This document shows, piece after piece, positions 52,622 to 64,000 of a stretch of 64,000 nt of DNA. This DNA comes from Lingula anatina (lineage: Eukaryota > Animalia > Brachiopoda). The stretch is taken from positions 4,402,001 to 4,466,000 of the forward strand of contig CM120646.1 in NCBI GenBank assembly GCA_051362555.1. The letters are read 5' to 3'. The position numbers and the translations under genes are program-made. Each line of letters starts with the position of its first letter. Position 1 is the first letter of the stretch. The notes beneath the pieces are model-generated. The model did no database searches and was not told the DNA's origin. It worked only from the letters and a program-made list of their open reading frames with translations.

Positions 52622-53492
52622 ACGCATGTGAATGTGTGAGTAGATGTGTGAGTATTAATACCTCACTTCAGTTTTCTCATTTTTTTCCTTGATGTACACA
52701 AGTATTGTACTGATGATTTATTCTTTCCTACTTCATCACAGGTCATTGAGAGGAAGGCCAAGATGACCCGGCACCTTGAGGTCTCTGAAAGCTCCTCCGA
52801 GGAACTTGTTGGTGCCGTGGGAGGCCATTCCCCAAGCCCCCCTCCAGCCAGGAGGAGGATGCTTCCTGCCAGGCTTCCCAAGATGCAGTACATCCCTTCA
52901 CTGCCTGCTGTGAACACCAGCTCCAGCGACGACAGCGAGCTGGAGAACCCTGCTTACTTGACCACTGTCACCAGAGAGCTCAAGGCAGACACTGAGGATA
53001 CCATCTTCGTGGATCGTCCCAGCACTTCCACTGGTAGAACAGCTACAGTGAGCAAGAAAGGCAAGGGCCAGGGCAAGAAGTCTAAGCCTGCCCAGAATGC
53101 TCTGCCTGATGTTGAGACCATTGACAGCAGCAGCAGAATACCAGCTGCACTGGAGGCAAACACCACCTCTGTCTCAGCTGCTCAACCGGAGGCTGAAATC
53201 GCCCCAGCTGTCAAGGCTTACCTGATCAAAGTGCGCGAGAGCGAGGTGCGTGTGGATAATGTGGGCCCCAGGGTCATCCAGGTGGAAGAGAGCGAGGTGA
53301 AGCTGGATACCACCAACTCACAGGGAGCAACAGCTTATGGTGAGAGAATTGATAGATTAGCTGTTAGGACACCTTTTTACTTATTTCATTATCAGACACA
53401 GGAGGCAATATCTTTATGTTATAAGTGTAAAAAGATGTCAACAGGGCCCACTCTCCCTCTCCCCGCACCTATGACTGGCTGATTTGGTTGAA

Positions 53493-53533
<41 letters not shown>

Positions 53534-54271
53534 TGAGTGAGTGAGTGAGTGAGTGAGTGAGTGAGATTTATCCAGAGGGGGTTGTTATCCTCCATTTTCT
53601 ATTACCATATGCTTATGATTTTTCAAAAGCAAAATGCAAATTTTTTTCATTTTCCATTTATATAGATTATATGCCTCACAAACTGATATTTTGGGGGACA
53701 ACTCTTTTTTTTTTTTACATTAAACTTATCATCATAAGTTCTGAAATATTTTAGCAAATTTTAAGGAAATCTTTTCAGGCCCGTAGCCAGGGGGGGTTAG
53801 GGGGGTTCGAAAGAACCGCCCCTTTTGTCAGGAAAAGGTCCATTTTGGATAATATTTTATATAAGTACACACAAGTTTTATTGTAAAAGGTCCACTTTTT
53901 CAGAAAAAGAACCCCCCTTTTGAATTTGCTGGCTACGGGCCTGCTTTTAAACATTAATGTTTTTGAAGGATAACTTGATTTAAGTGTAACGTGAGTTTGG
54001 TTAATTCTTTAGATTTTGTAGAAAGGCTAACAATTTTGACTGCATCAGCTGATATTTGATGCAGAGGTTATACCATGAAATATTTGTAATGTTTTATTTT
54101 ATTTTTCCAGACAAGTACGAGGAGGAAGACTTTGACTTTGACGCTCTCTCTCTCTCCCACGCCTCCAGCTCAGATAGCGAAGGCAGCTCCATCTGGGGAG
54201 AAGATACCAACGCCCAAGAGAACATCCGTCCCGAAACCAGGGCTCACTCTGTCTTCGACTTCTATAGATAA
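50640..54271 (+). CDS. Uncharacterised 460-aa protein with stathmin-like coiled-coil domain and acidic low-complexity tail
   Basis: Exons 50640-50810, 51173-51327, 51724-51865, 52090-52245, 52742-53339, 54111-54271, GT-AG, phases 0,2,0,0,1, no internal stops, GC-rich third codon positions against AT-rich introns. Stathmin similarity judged by eye. Confidence 0.85.
53776..53943. mobile_element. MITE with 15-bp TIR and 5-bp TSD
   Basis: ctttt-caggcccgtagccag ... ctggctacgggcctg-ctttt; TIR related to the 2096-2418 element. Confidence 0.85.
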
Positions 54272-55220
54272 GCAAATAACACCAAAATATGTAATGTACA
54301 GACACAACCATTTTAAATTCTTTTTTACAAATTTTCTGTTTTTTTTTATTGTGGAAATTTGGACATTTCTCTTTTAGGATAATTAAGTGACATAAATTAG
54401 GTTAGGTTATTTATTACAAAATTAGGTATATAGTTTTGCATTACATATTAGTCAACATGAACATGACAGGTAACACAGCAATGGGCATGGTGGGATCCAA
54501 ATTTGTTTGGGGTATACAAGAAATGTTTTATTTTCTCCAAATTTATTATACTTTTCATTCAGAATTACTCTAGGTATATTTTGGCCTAATGGATTGACTC
54601 TTTGCATAATTTCTACAGCACTAAGATATATACAAAAATGTGTTCTAATTTTATTACACTTGTCACTTTTTCTATTCCTTACCACATCAGGGATTAAGTA
54701 TAAATGGTTTTGCTGCATGTCATAATTTTTCTTTTGGCGTTAGATATTTATGTTGCATATCTGAATTTATCCTACCAGCCACTTTAAATTCAAAGCCACT
54801 CCTGCAATAACATGGACTTCCAAGAATATTTCGACCACTGACAGTACATTCTTATGAAATAGAAACTTAGTTGTTCAGATTCCCTTTTGAGGTACTTTAA
54901 ATAAGTCTTTCTAAAAATTGTTTTGTCTTTGGGTGCATGGAAAACATGACTCTTTCCAGTCACTGTGACTTTTGATATTTTAAACAGAATTACTCAGTGT
55001 ATTCAGCAATCTTTTCCACTTTAGTCTGAGTATGTCTTTCGTTACCACTATCTTTACTGATTCAATCATATCATATTGACAGAGTTGTCATTATAAAAGG
55101 GCTATATGTGAACTATTCATCTTGTGCTACTAGGAGAAAGCCAGTGACTGACATCTATTGAGTAAGTTTACCCAAAACTTTTTTCTCCTCATACTCGTCA
55201 TTGAAAACTGCTAACACTAT

Positions 55221-55258
55221 CATTAGTACCGCCAGCACTCATGCTGGCGGTACTCATG
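55221..55258. repeat. GC-rich hairpin
   Basis: 13-bp perfect stem agtaccgccagca-ctca-tgctggcggtact, extendable to 17 bp with one mismatch. Confidence 0.85.
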
Positions 55259-55703
55259 GTTTTAGTCCTGACCCGTCTCGTAACACTCCCACATACTGTC
55301 TTCTGATACAAGTCGCAGTAACTGTGTATCCTCCTAAACTACAAAGGCATTTGTCCCCATCTCTTGGAATTAGGTCACAAATAATCTAAACTTGATCCCC
55401 CTGGATTTCGGTCTCTGTTTCTGCATTCACTTAGGTGCATTTTCACAAGAGAAGCAGCCATTAGAGATTGAAACTGGAAAAGCACTCTTATTCTGGAACC
55501 GTAAATGCTAGAGACATCACGTTTGTTTTATTTGTTGTAGAGTCATGTTTGTTGTAGAATTTGTCAAATGCAACAGTTATTGGGTTCTTTTATCTGTTTT
55601 CCATGTGGTCTAGAAATTGCACTATTTCAATAAGTACAACTTCACAATATACAATCATGAATGGTGAAAATAAGATGCACAGATTACTAACCCCGGTATG
55701 TAC

Positions 55704-55820
55704 CTTTCAGATTGTTTCCATCCTCATGGTTTTCCCCATCCCTGTCTCTTGCATGTTTTATCCAGACCCTCATGCTTCCCTCAACCTCTTCTTCAGTGAT
55801 GTTGGTCTTTTTTCCAGCTG
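55704..55820 (-). pseudogene. Isolated exon resembling the C-terminus of DUF4806/BEN-like proteins (gene or transposon remnant)
   Basis: tttttttag|...|gtacat bounded 117-nt open exon encoding AGKKTNITEEEVEGSMRVWIKHARDRDGENHED, similar to the remembered E.EVE..I..WL.HA.DR.G motif. No matching upstream exons found. Confidence 0.45.
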
Positions 55821-56310
55821 CTAAAAAAATGTGTATAAAAATGAATTTAGAATAACATCTTTTAGTATTTTGTTGAAGATTTTCTAACTCTAGACTTACT
55901 TTTCATTATGTAAATTCTGAAGTAGTTTAAGGGGCAGTATGACTCATAGAAAACAAATTTTCCTTGGGTAAATGGAATTTACCAGTTCCTATCATTTATT
56001 GCTCGTCTTACATTTTCAGCTTTAAGTATCCAAGAACAATGTTCCAATCACTTTGAAATTTTAACCTTTGGTTAAACTGTCAAACTGTCAAGTTCTCCCA
56101 GATTCATTATGTCTCGTCATTCAGAGAAGTTGTAGCGGATCACGAGTAAGAAAGATGAAGAATCATTGTTGGATATTAAATGCTGTTTATTCATGCAGTT
56201 TACTGAGCTGTACTGAACTGGTGAAAACTAGAAAAAAAATACAGTAAAAGTTAAACACCAAAATTAAAAAAATAAATAAAAATAAATGATACATACTACA
56301 AAATATACTA

Positions 56311-56326
56311 AATAATAATAATAATA

Positions 56327-56357
<31 letters not shown>

Positions 56358-56727
56358 TTATTTTTCTATGGCGCATTCCATTAAAAATCTCAATGCGCCT
56401 TACAACATTCACTTAAAAGAGCTAAATAACACAATACTAATATAAGAACACATTACAATTTTAAAGGACTAAGAACTAATTTAAAGAACCAATTATTCAT
56501 ATTCTAAAATGATAAGAACCTAAAGTGACAACATTTAAAATTAATCATAAAATTACAGTACACCTTATTAAAAACTAAAATTAACTATATGATAGCTACT
56601 GATAGGCTATTCTAAAAATATGAGTTTTCAAAAGCTTTTTAAAAGTATCTATGTCACCTGCTGCTCGTATTTCAGAGGGTAAAGTGTTCCAAACTTTGGG
56701 TGCATATATCATAAATTATTATTATTA

Positions 56728-56781
<54 letters not shown>
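56311..56781 (-). mobile_element. 5'-truncated L2/CR1-group LINE (ORF2 C-terminus, 3' UTR, (ATT)n tail)
   Basis: Minus strand encodes YAPKVWNTLPSEIRAAGDIDTFKKLLKTHIFRIAYQ*; 3' stem ggcgcatt..aatgcgcc followed by (ATT)n; 26-bp flanking duplication at 56290-56315 and 56781-56806. Confidence 0.88.
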
Positions 56782-56783
<2 letters not shown>

Positions 56784-57089
56784 ATACTACAAAATATACT
56801 AAATAAGTCTACAAAATTATTGTAGCTTAATCAATGTGCTCTTATCTAAAAAAAACTGTCTTTACATAAGTTTTACTTCACTAATTATTTAATTGCAAAC
56901 ACTTACTCTAAAATATATCCATACACGTTATCCCCTGCAAACTGTTTGCCCAGAGACGTTCATGACCATCTGAACTATCACTACAATTTATTGATATTGA
57001 TAAGCAGTGTGTTATGGAGTCTATCCCTTGAATATAACAAATATTGAAAGTATTATTTATCAATTTAATATCTAACAGTAAAAAATAAA

Positions 57090-58286
57090 ACAAAAAACTG
57101 CAATCTAAAGTACAAGAAAAAAAAAAAAGCTGGAATCTAAAGTACAAAATAAATAAATAGATAAAAAAAAAAAACAAAAGGCTGCAATCTAAAGTACAAA
57201 AATAAAGATAATAAAAAAGCTTGAATCTAAAATACAACAATAAAAATAAAAAGTAAAAAAGCCCGAATCTAAAGTACAAAAAGAAAAAAATAAATAAATA
57301 AACAATAAATAAATAAAAGAAAAAGAAAAGAAAAAATAAACAAAAAGCTGCAATCTAAGGTACAAAAATAAAAATAATAAAGGTGGAATCTAAAATTCAA
57401 TAATAAAAATAAAAAGTAAAAAAGCTGGAATTTAAAGTACAAAAAATAAATAAAAAAAGAAATGAAAAAAAAAGAAAAAACGAAAAGTTGCAATCTAAAG
57501 TACAAAAATAAGAATAATAAAAATGCTGGAATCTTAAATACAAAAATAAAAAGTAAAAAAGCTGGAAACTTAAGTCCAAAAAATAAAGAAAGAAAAAGAA
57601 AGAAAGAAAAAAAATAAAACAAAAGGCTGCAATCTAAATAAAAATAATAAAAAAGCTTGAATATAAAATACAACAATAAAAATAAAAAGTAAAAAAGCTG
57701 GAATCTAAAGAACATAAAAAAAGAAAAAAAGAAAAGAGAAAAAGAAGAAAAATAAAACAAAAAGTTATAATCTAAAGTACAAAAATAAAAATAATAAAAA
57801 AGCTGGAGTCTAAAATACAAAAATAAAAATAAAAAGTAAAAAAGCCGGAATCTTAAGTCCAAAAAAAAAAAAAAAAAAAAATAATAATAATAAAATAAGA
57901 TAAATAAATAAAGTAAAAAAAGAAAAGAAAAATAAAAAAAAAGCTGCAATCTCAAGTACAAAAATAAAAAAAGCTGGAATCTAAAATACAAAAATAAAAA
58001 GTAAAAAAGCTGGAATCTAAAGTACAAAAAATATAAATAAATAAAAAAATAATAAAGAAATGAAAAGAAAAATAAAACAAGGTGCAATCTAAAGTACAAA
58101 AATAAAAATGATCATAAAGCTGGAATCTAAAACACACACACAAAAAAAAAAAAGTAAAAAAGCTGGAATCTAAAGTACAAAAAATAAAAATAATAAAAAA
58201 GCTAGAATCTAAAATACGAAAATAAAAAAGCTGGAAAAAGTGAAAAAAAAAAAAAAAGGAAATGAAAAAAAGCTGCAGTCTAAAGT
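57090..58286. repeat. Satellite A (A-rich, core aaagctg(g/c)aatctaaagtacaaaa, about 30-70-bp monomers), left block
   Basis: Core motif repeated over 20 times with variable A-rich linkers and a loose three-monomer periodicity. Confidence 0.93.
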
Positions 58287-58601
58287 GCTCTCACGTACTC
58301 CGTTCTCCTTCTTCTTTTTTCTTTTTTTTTGTGCTCTCACATACTCGATTCTCCTTGTTCTTTCTTTTTTGTTCTCTCTCATACTCCATTCCCCCTGTTC
58401 TTTTTTTGTTCTCTCACATACTCCATTCCCCCTGTTCTTTTTTCTTTTTTTTTTATTTGTTCTCTCACATACTCCATTCTCCTTGTTCTTTTTTTTTTGT
58501 GCCCTCACATACTCCATTCCCCTTGTTCTTTTTTTTTTGTTCCTCACACACTCCATTTCCCCTATTCTTTCTTTTTTTGTTCTCTCACATACTCCATTCC
58601 C

Positions 58602-58638
<37 letters not shown>

Positions 58639-61600
58639 TTCTCTCACATACTCCATTCCCCCTATTTTTTTTTGGTTTCTCACATACTTTGTTCCCCTTG
58701 TTCTTTTTATTGTACCTCACATACTCCATTCCCTTGGTCTTTTTTTGTGCTCTCACATACTCCATACCCCCTCTTCTTTTTATTTTTGTGCTCTCACCTC
58801 CTCTATTCCCCCTGTTCTTCTTTTGTGTTCTCGTCTACTTCTTTCCCCGTGCTCTTTTTATTTTTGTGCTCTCACATACTCCCATTTCCCCTGTTCATTT
58901 TTATTCTCTCACATACTCCATTCCCCCTATTTTTTTTTGGTTTCTCACATACTTTGTTCCCCTTGTTCTTTTTATTGTACCTCACATACTCCATTCCCTT
59001 GGTCTTTTTTTGTGCTCTCACATACTCCATACCCCCTCTTCTTTTTATTTTTGTGCTCTCACCTCCTCTATTCCCCCTGTTCTTCTTTTGTGTTCTCGTC
59101 TACTTCTTTCCCCGTGCTCTTTTTATTTTTGTGCTCTCACATACTCCCATTTCCCCTGTTCATTTTTATTCTCTCACATACTCCATTCCCCTGGTATTTT
59201 TTTGTATTCCTGTCTACTTTATTCGCCCTGCTCTTTTATTTTGTGCTCTCACATACTCCATTCCCCCTGTTCTTTTTTCTTGTTCTTTTTTTTTTTGTTC
59301 TCATACTCTATTCCCCTTGTCCTTTTTTGTGTTCTCGTCTACTTTATTCCCCGTTCTTTTTTGTGTTCTTCCATACTTCATTCCCCCTGTTCTTTTTTCT
59401 TTTTCTTTTTTTTTGTTCTCTCTCATACTTTATTCTCCCTGTTCTTTTATCTTTTTCTTTTTTTTTTTTTTGATCTCTCACATATACTCCATTCCCCCTG
59501 TTCTTTTATTTTGTGCTCTCACATACTCATTCCCCCTATTCTTTATTCTTTTTTTTTGTGTTCTCCCATATTCTATTCCCCCTGTTCTTTTTTTTTCATT
59601 CTCTCACATACTCCATTCCCCCTGTTCTTTTTTTTTTTTTGTTCTCACTTCCTTCATTTCCTCTGTTTTTTTTTTTAATTTTGGGCTCTTACTACCTGCA
59701 TTCCGCATTTTTTTTTATTTGGGGGTGGGGGGGGGGGGCTCTTACTTACTCCATTTTCCCTGTTCTTTTTATTTTTTTGTGTTCTCACCTCTTCTTTACC
59801 TATGCTGTTCTTTTTTCTTTTTCTTTTTTCTTTTGTTCTTTCACATACTCCATTCCCACTATTCTTTTTTTTTTTTTTGGTGCTCTCACATACTCCATTC
59901 CCCCTATTCTTTCTTTTTTTGTTCTCTCACATACTCCATTCACCCTTTGTTTTTTTTTGTTCTCTCACATACTCCATTCCCCCTGTTCTTTTTTCTTTTT
60001 TTTTTTTTATTTGTTCTCTCACATACTCCATTCCCCCTGTTCTTTTTTCTTTTTTTCATTTGTTCTCTCACATACTCCATTCCCCCTGTTCTTTTTTCTT
60101 TTTTGTTATTTGTTCTCTCACATACTCCATTCCCCTTGTTCTTTTCTTTTTGGTCTCTCACATACTCTGTTCCCCTTGTTCTTTTTTTTTTTTTTTTTTG
60201 TTCCTCACATACTCCATTCCCCCTGTTTTTTTTTTTTTTTTTTTTTGTTTGTTTTTTGTTTTTTTTTTTGTAATTTCACATACTCCATTCCCCTTGGTCT
60301 TTTTTTGTGCTCTCACATACTCCATTCCCCCTCTTCTTTTTATTTTTGTGCTCTCACCTCCTCTATTCCCCCTGTTCTTTTTTTGTGTTCTCGTCTACTT
60401 CTTTCCCCGTGCTCTTTTTATTTTTGTGCTCTCACATACTCCCATTTCCCCTGTTCATTTTTATTCTCTCACATACTCCATTCTCCCTGGTATTTTTTTG
60501 TATTCCTGTCTACTTTATTCCCCCTGCTCTTTTATTTTGTGCTCTCACATACTCCATCACCCCTGTTCTTTTATTTTGTGCTCTCACATACTCCATTCCC
60601 CCTATTCTTTTTTTCTTTTTTTTTTTTTGTTCTCTCACATACTCCATTCCCCCTGTTCTTTTTTCTTGTTCTTTTTTTTTTTTGTTCTCATACTCTATTC
60701 CCCTTGTCCTTTTTTGTGTTCTCGTCTACTTTATTCCCCGTTCTTTTTTGTGTTCTTCCATACTCCATTCCCCCTGTTCTTTTTTCTTTTTCTTTTTTTT
60801 TTGTTCTCTCTCATACTTTATTCTCCCTGTTCTTTTATCTTTTTCTTTTTTTTTTTTTGATCTCTCACATACTCCATTCCCCCTGTTCTTTTATTTTGTG
60901 CTCTCACATACTCCATTCCCCCTATTCTTTTTTTCTTTTTTTTTTTGTGTTCTCCCATATTCCATTCCCCCTGTTCTTTTTTTCTTTTTTTTTTTTTTGT
61001 GTTCTCCCATATTCTATTCCCCCTGTTCTTTTTTTTTTTCGTTCTCTCACATACTCCATTCCCCCTGTTCTTTTTTTTTTTTTTTTGTTCTCACTTCCTT
61101 CATTTCCTCTGTTTTTTTTTTTTTAATTTTGGGCTCTTACTACCTGCATTCTGCATTTTTTTTTATTTGGGGGGGGGGGGGGCTCTTACTTACTCCATTT
61201 TCCCTGTTCTTTTTATTTTTTTGTGTTCTCACCTCTTCTTTACCTATGCTGTTCTTTTTTCTTTTTCTTTTTTCTTTTGTTCTTTCACATACTCCATTCC
61301 CACTATTCTTTTTTTTTTTGGTGCTCTCACATACTCCATTCCCCCTATTCTTTCTTTTTTTGTTCTCTCACATACTCCATTCACCCTTTGTTCTTTTTTG
61401 TTCTCTCACATACTCCATTCCCCCTGTTCTTTTTTCTTTTTTTTTTTTATTTGTTCTCTCACATACTCCATTCCCCCTGTTCTTTTTTCTTTTTTTCATT
61501 TGTTCTCTCACATACTCCATTCCCCCTGTTCTTTTTTCTTTTTTTTTATTTGTTCTCTCACATACTCCATTCCCCCTATTACTATTATTTTTTTTGTGCC

Positions 61601-63731
61601 CTCACATACTCCATTCCCCTTGTTCTTTTTTTTTGGTCTCTCACATACTCTGTTCCCCTTGTTCTTTTTTTTTTTTTGTTCCTCACATACTCCATTCCCC
61701 CTGTTTTTTTTTTGTTTGTTTGTTTTTTGTTTTTTGTTGTTTTTTTTTGTAATTTCACATACTCCATTCCCCTTGGTCTTTTTTTGTGCTCTCACGTACT
61801 CCATTCCCCCTCTTTTTATTTTTGTGCTCTCACCTCCTCTATTCCCCCTGTTCTTTTTTTGTGTTCTCGTCTACTTCTTTCCCCGTGCTCTTTTTATTTT
61901 TGTGCTCTCACATACTCCCATTTCCCCTGTTCATTTTTATTCTCTCACATACTCCATTCTCCCTGGTATTTTTTTGTATTCCTGTCTACTTTATTCCCCC
62001 TGCTCTTTTATTTTGTGCTCTCACATACTCCATCACCCCTGTTCTTTTATTTTGTGCTCTCACATACTCCATTCCCCCTATTCTTTTTTTCTTTTTTTTT
62101 TTTGTTCTCTCACATACTCCATTCCCCCTGTTCTTTTTTCTTGTTCTTTTTTTTTTTGTTCTCATACTCTATTCCCCTTGTCCTTTTTTTGTGTTCTCGT
62201 CTACTTTATTCCCCGTTCTTTTTTGTGTTCTTCCATACTCCATTCCCCCTGTTCTTTTTTCTTTTTCTTTTTTTTTTTGTTCTCTCTCATACTTTATTCT
62301 CCCTGTTCTTTTATCTTTTTCTTTTTTTTTTGATCTCTCACATATACTCCATTCCCCCTGTTCTTTTATTTTGTGCTCTCACATACTCCATTCCCCCTAT
62401 TCTTTTTTTCTTTTTTTTTGTGTTCTCCCATATTCTATTCCCCCTGTTCTTTTTTTTTCGTTCTCTCACATACTCCATTCCCCCTGTTCTTTTTTTTTTT
62501 TTTTGTTCTCACTTCCTTCATTTCCTCTGTTTTTTTATTTTTTTTATTTTGGGCTCTTACTACCTGCATTCCACATTTTTTTTTATTTGGGGGGGGGGGG
62601 GGGGGGGGGGGGCTCTTACTTACTCCATTTTCCCTGTTCTTTTTATTTTTTTGTGTTCTCACCTCTTCTTTACCTATGCTGTTCTTTTTTCTTTTTCTTT
62701 TTTCTTTTGTTCTTTCACATACTCCATTCCCACTATTCTTTTTTTTTTGTGCTCTCACATACTCCATTCCCTCTATTCTTTCTTTTTTTGTTCTCTCACA
62801 TACTCCATTCACCCTTTGTTCTTTTTTGTTCTCTCACATACTCCATTCCCCCTGTTCTTTTTTTTTTTTTTTTTTTTTTTTGTTCTCTCACATACTCCAT
62901 TCCCCCTGTTCTTTTTTTTTTCTTTTTGTTCTTTCACATACTCCATTCCCCCTGTTCTTTTTTTTTGTTCTTTCACATACTCCATTCCCCCTGTTCTTTT
63001 TTTTGTGCTCTCACATACTCCATTCCCCCTATTCTTTTTTTCTTTTTTTTTGTGTTCTCCCATATTCTATTCCCCCTGTTCTTTTTTTTTCGTTCTCTCA
63101 CATACTCCATTCCCCCTGTTCTTTTTTTTTTTTTGTTCTCACTTCCTTCATTTCCTCTGTTTTTTTATTTTTTTTATTTTGGGCTCTTACTACCTGCATT
63201 CCACATTTTTTTTTATTTGGGGGGGGGGGGGGGGGGGGGGCTCTTACTTACTCCATTTTCCCTGTTCTTTTTATTTTTTTGTGTTCTCACCTCTTCTTTA
63301 CCTATGCTGTTCTTTTTTCTTTTTCTTTTTTCTTTTGTTCTTTCACATACTACATTCCCACTATTCTTTTTTTTTTGGTGCTCTCACATACTCCATTCCC
63401 CCTGTTCTTTTTTCTTTTTTTTTTTTATTTGTTCTCTCACATACTCCATTCCCCCTGTTCTTTTTTCTTTTTTTTTATTTGTTCTCTCACATACTCCATT
63501 CCCCCTATTACTATTATTTTTTTTGTGCCCTCACATACTCCATTCCCCTTGTTCTTTTTTTTGGTCTCTCACATACTCTGTTCCCCTTGTTCTTTTTTTT
63601 TTTTTTTGTTCCTCTCTCCATTCCCCCTGTTTTTGTTTTTTTTTTGTTTTTTGTTTTTTTTTGTAATTTCACATACTCCATTCCCCTTGGTCTTTTTTGT
63701 GCTCTCACATACTCCATCCCCCCTATTCTTT
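58285..63731. repeat. Satellite B (T-rich, core ctctcacatactccattccccctgttctttt, about 35-50-bp monomers) with higher-order repeats
   Basis: Over 100 monomers; diagnostic variant gggctcttactacctgcatt at 59683, 61131, 62551 and 63181. Confidence 0.96.
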
Positions 63732-63734
63732 CAA

Positions 63735-64000
63735 TTCAATCTAAAGTACAAAAATAAAAATAATAATAAAGCTGGAATCTAAAATACAAAAATGAAAAAA
63801 AAAAAGAAGTAAAAAAGCTGGAATGTAAAGTACAAAAATAAAAATGATAAAAAAAACTAGAATCTAAAATTCAAAATTAAAATAATAAAAAAGCTGGAAT
63901 TTTAAGTGCAAAAAAAAAAGAAAAAAAAGAAAAGAAAGAAAAATAAAACAAAAAGCTGCAGTCTAAAGTACAAAAAATAATAAAAAAGCTGGAATCTAAA
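63735..64000. repeat. Satellite A, right block (continues off-window)
   Basis: Same gctggaatctaaa.tacaaaa core and orientation as 57090-58286. Confidence 0.93.

Noticed and set aside
56908-57030. Complex sequence ending in a GTAAG donor on the minus strand as upstream exon of the DUF4806-like fragment
   Set aside because: All frames hit stops before the donor and show no family motif.
58285-63731. CRISPR-like look of a conserved ~25-bp core with variable linkers
   Set aside because: Linkers are T-runs rather than unique spacers, there are no cas genes, and the context is eukaryotic.
57269-63782. Very long ORFs (up to 844 aa) rich in F/L/S/P
   Set aside because: Overlapping in all frames and produced by stop-poor T-rich satellite sequence; not genes.

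Overview
AT-rich, intron-rich animal genomic DNA, probably a marine invertebrate such as a mollusc (inferred from repeat types and protein divergence). Nothing prokaryotic and no CRISPR. Hand-built spliced models with consistent phases give six genes: a partial signal-peptide/TM/PLAT-like gene running off the left edge (-), AAR2 (+, 5 exons), Cbl E3 ligase (-, 12 exons plus a candidate 6-nt microexon), TBC1D23 (+, 17 exons, head-to-head with Cbl), RSRC1 (-, 9 exons, one GC-AG intron) and a 460-aa orphan with a stathmin-like domain (+). Also present: several MITE families, two Helentron-type non-autonomous elements, a truncated L2/CR1 LINE, and a terminal 7-kb block in which one satellite is nested in another; the long ORFs there are artefacts. 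The most unusual pattern is at least five independent local duplications that each span a splice junction, three of them creating in-frame, stop-free alternative splice sites. All gene identities are from remembered motif similarity; no searches were run.
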